The notes under the pieces are model-generated. The model did no database searches. It was given only the letters and a program-made list of their open reading frames with translations, and was not told the origin of the DNA. Source: Eledone cirrhosa (taxonomy: Eukaryota). Taken from it: a DNA stretch of 64,000 nt. Positions 59,873-64,000 of the stretch are shown in pieces. A program made the position numbers and the translations under genes. Each line of letters opens with the position of its first letter. The stretch's first letter is position 1. The stretch spans positions 109,740,001 to 109,804,000 of the forward strand of contig OZ024743.1 of the NCBI GenBank assembly GCA_964016885.1, written 5' to 3'.

Positions 59873-61900
59873 TCAAAATATTAACAAAATAGATATTCTT
59901 GAACAAGAGAAACACATATAATACATACAATAATGCTATAATTGTAGTTTTACCTCCAGTTCAGTGGAGCGAGAGACCAATATTTGTCGACTATTATGGT
60001 TTGTTATATTTATATTTAGATATATATAAAATATATAAGTGCAAATCTAACTTTCTGAGTCCCCAAAACATACCCAAAAATGAGTAAAATATGCAAATGC
60101 ATGAATGATCTACAGTTCAATTATAACCGGTAAATTTACAAGTTAAATATCCAAATTATATATATAAAACAGAGACAGATAAATAAATGTGTTGGGGACC
60201 AGAAAGTTAGATTTGCACTTATATATTTTATATATATCTAGGTATAAATATAACAACCCATAATAGTCGACACATATTGGTCTCACTCTCCATAGAACTG
60301 GAGGTAAAACTACAATTATAGCATTACTAATAATGATTATAATTATTTATTTATTAAATGTATATCGTTTCATTAATACCTATGATAATATCGCTATATA
60401 GTTGTACAAATATGTTTATCTAGTGTAATAACATTATCGTAGTTACATTTATAAATAATTTAGATACTCAAATTACTCTCTATTGTTATAAGTGTTAGAT
60501 ATTCTCTGGAAGTTCGAATTTATATAATGATTATTACTTAATTTAATATTATTTAGCTCCTCTTCTATCACATTCGATGGATATTTTAGAAGTATCTTTT
60601 GTCTACTATATATTAAGACCCTATTACATTTTATACTATATTTTTGAATATTGGGCATTTTTAAGTTTCGCAAACAATTCATTATTTTTCACTTGTTATC
60701 TTTATATTTATTTTGTATCTATCCCCTATCCTTAGGAATCATGTAGTTTTGACTTATATAGTTATAGTATATATCAACTAAATGACCATTTCACAATAAT
60801 TGATATAAAACATTAATTTTTAACAATATTTTTTAACAGTATTTTCAGTAACTTTTTTACTATATTGTATTATTGTATTATGTTATATATATATTTGAAA
60901 GGTATCACCTTAAGTCTTTAGACATTATAATCTTACTGTATTTTTTGATTAACACATATATATATAATAAAAAATTCAGACTTCTTTAAGTTTAATTATA
61001 AGGCACTCAAACTGTAAATCATAAATTCTTTAATAATTATAACTATAATTATTTTATAAATTATATTATATAAACTGTTATCAATATTATAAATAATTTT
61101 GGTAAGGATTACCTCGTGAGGGTATAAAAGCATTATATATTTTCTTTCTAGTGTTTCGTAAATTCTTTAAATTTGATTTCATAACATTTGAATTTTAGAA
61201 ATTAAACTTCATAGTATAATATAATATTAATACAGATACCTATTAACTTTTAAAACCTAAAATATTACTCATTACTCTGAAATAACTTAAATTAAATATT
61301 TTGAATATTAACGGTCAACCAAATAAGTTTCAGCTATATATTGCATATATGGATAATTGTCTATTAACTTGAACATAAATTATTACCTTTTGTCTTTCTC
61401 TCTCTTTTTAATCATCTCTCATTTATTTTATTTTTCGAGGCGCCTACTAACTATAATATCCCATCAGCTGTTTATTCCTCTATGCTTTCCTTTCTTTTCT
61501 CTTTTTTCAGTAGTTTAAAAAAAAATTGATTACTGTTATATTGATGCCATGTATTTTTTAAGCTGTATTACACATTTATTGTTTTATATGTGTTTCTCAT
61601 GTTCGCAATATTATAACTATTGAGTTTTATCATATATTACTCACTACCATCACTGAATCGTAACCATCTACTATGTCATGCATCATCTTATTTTATCTGA
61701 TGAGGACGTACTGTTGAACTTAACTCAGTACCTCTGAAATATGTATAATAAAATATACTTGATCACAAGAATATCTATTTTTTTAATAATTTGAATTAAA
61801 ATTAATAACTCTGGAAAACCTTTTTAACTTTTGAGTGCATCCAATCTATTGTAAAACTCATTCTTTGATATATTCATTGAACCTTGTTTAACTTTTAAAT
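59870..61900. mobile_element. Highly decayed PLE-derived element with internal inverted repeat and HHR
   Basis: 59933-60072 is inverted against 60188-60327; minus-strand KYPSNVIEEELNNI (PLE thumb-like); ends homologous to 9352-9535. Confidence 0.5.
61689..61755 (+). ncRNA. Type I HHR (GAAATAT family)
   Basis: TATTTTAT-CTGATGA-GGACGTACTG..CAGTACCTCT-GAAA-TATGTA-TA^ATAAAATA. Confidence 0.78.
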
Positions 61901-61910
61901 ATATACATAT

Positions 61911-61941
<31 letters not shown>

Positions 61942-62780
61942 CGGGGAGAAATAAAAACAAAAATAAATAAGGAGAGGTAGATCGAGTAATATCTATTATA
62001 CGAGGTGGGAGAGATAGGGGAGGGGTGATATACAGGAGATAGAGTTAAAACAGCCGATATAAGAGTAGAGGGAGGAGAAGAGGAGATATACTTATAAACA
62101 AAAATGATAGTTTTAAAATATTATGTTTCATCAGTCTATCAATTCCTATGAATTATAATGTAAACATCAATATTCATGAATGAGACACATATCAATAATG
62201 CGTGAAAAAATAATGACTATATGTTTAGTTTAAACATTCATAGGTTTATAATCAAAATCTGAGATAAAACCTCAAAAAATACTGGAACACATAAGTATAT
62301 ATGTATTTTCATGAAAAAAAAGAGAAAAGAGAAAGAAAAAGAGAAGGTTACCTCAAATTGACACTATAGACACATGTGAGTTTACATGATCAGCTCTGTA
62401 AATTTGTATTTCACATGGAAATCTTCATTGCGTTAAAAAGATTTTACCATACACATAAGTGTACATACATATATATATACATAAAATATACATTATTAAT
62501 AATAATAATATTCTTGCCCTTTCTTACATGATTATCGTACAAGCATAGAATAGAACAGATATCAATATATTAAAATATTAAAAACGCCAAGAATATTTTC
62601 CTCCCCAGAATATCTAGGGCCGTAATAAAAACACAGTGTGCCCAGCATATCAATCAATCCCTCTAATTTATTTGACAATATTGCCAAGTTCATTCGAAGC
62701 AATCAGAATCAAAAGCAAATAAAACCAAAATTATTCACCAAACCTATTTAGCAGAAATCATTAAAAAAAAACAAACTTTA

Positions 62781-62815
<35 letters not shown>

Positions 62816-62870
62816 CAAGACTGGACTTGAACCATCAAGACAGTTGTCGTATGTCATGCATCGATTCATA

Positions 62871-62936
62871 TATTTTATCTGATGAGGGCGTGCTGAAAAA
62901 ACAGTACAGTATCTCCGAAATATATATAATAAAACA
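62871..62936 (+). ncRNA. Type I HHR (GAAATAT family)
   Basis: TTTTAT-CTGATGA-GGGcGTGCTG..CAGTATCTCC-GAAA-TATATA-TA^ATAAAA. Confidence 0.72.
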
Positions 62937-63027
62937 TATTTTGATTATGTGAACGTATTCATTTATTAAAATTTTGAATAATATATATATATATATGTGT
63001 ATGTGTATAAATGTGTGTGAGTGTATA

Positions 63028-63100
<73 letters not shown>

Positions 63101-63101
63101 T

Positions 63102-63195
<94 letters not shown>

Positions 63196-63821
63196 AACCT
63201 CTGAACAATAAAACTTACACAATATATGTATGTTTATACATACATACACACATTCATACATTGAAGTACATGAACACAAATCCAAATCACAATTACTAGA
63301 GTTCATTGGCAAATTATTGATTCTTTTATCTATATCATTCACACAAGTCTTCATTTTAAATCACCACATTGATCCGCTATCACATATTCATCTCAGCTCA
63401 ATAGTCGCTGCTGCTGATGCTGCTATGATTTTTCATACAATTCGAAGGTTTGAAATTGTCTTGAGCTAAGAATGAGAAACAATTAAACGCGTTATCTCTT
63501 ACTACCTTGTTGCATGCAATCTATTCATATTTTCGATTACAGAATTATATAGTCATATAAGCAAAAGCATTTTAATGCCACATATTTACTCAAGGTTTAA
63601 GACTTGCGACCTTTCTTTATTGCATTGAAAGTCTTTCTTTCTTATACAATTGCTTCCATTAATCCTTAAATTGAATTAGATATCTGTTAAATTTCATTCC
63701 TTTCCGCTTCGCTTCATTTTCTGATAAAATTAGTTCTCTCAAGCTTCAACCTATAACTCCTACACACTTAACTTACAAATCAGCTAGCCAAATACAAACC
63801 TTGCATCGACACATTACCTAG

Positions 63822-63835
63822 GCTGCTGCTGTTGT

Positions 63836-63872
<37 letters not shown>

Positions 63873-63940
63873 GCTGCTGCTCCTGCTGTTGCTGCTGTTG
63901 CTGCTGCTGCTACTGCGTCTGCTGCCACTGATATCACTAC

Positions 63941-63973
<33 letters not shown>

Positions 63974-64000
63974 GTACTGATGAGCATGCTGCTACTACTA
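63822..64000. repeat. Compound (CTA)n/(CTG)n trinucleotide repeat
   Basis: Visible in sequence. Confidence 0.9.

Noticed and set aside
63975-63990. CTGATGAG near the window end (and the CTGATGA near 16510)
   Set aside because: No downstream stem II-GAAA; chance matches.

Overview
AT-rich, microsatellite-laden animal intergenic or intronic DNA. The repeat content suggests an octopod cephalopod, which is an inference. No intact host gene is recognisable, and most listed ORFs are (TA)n/(TG)n translations. The window is dominated by decayed retroelements: three Tx1/L1-clade LINE copies each abutting (TATC)n, at least seven Penelope-like elements (PLEs) or fragments (RT + GIY-YIG), two RTE LINE fragments, tRNA-derived SINEs and a hAT MITE with an 8-bp TSD. 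The main signal missed by the ORF track is a dense set of type I hammerhead ribozyme (HHR) motifs, about 20 canonical, variant or degenerate copies in several unrelated sequence families. They lie in PLE pseudo-LTRs and in non-coding 330-530 bp units that are tandem, terminally redundant or fold-back. The clearest case is a 466-bp tandem repeat (6742-8568) with one minimal HHR and an octamer motif per unit. A divergent 482-bp relative (26301-26810) keeps the same fold through covarying stems. Together these are a candidate cephalopod retrozyme/circRNA system mobilised by PLEs.
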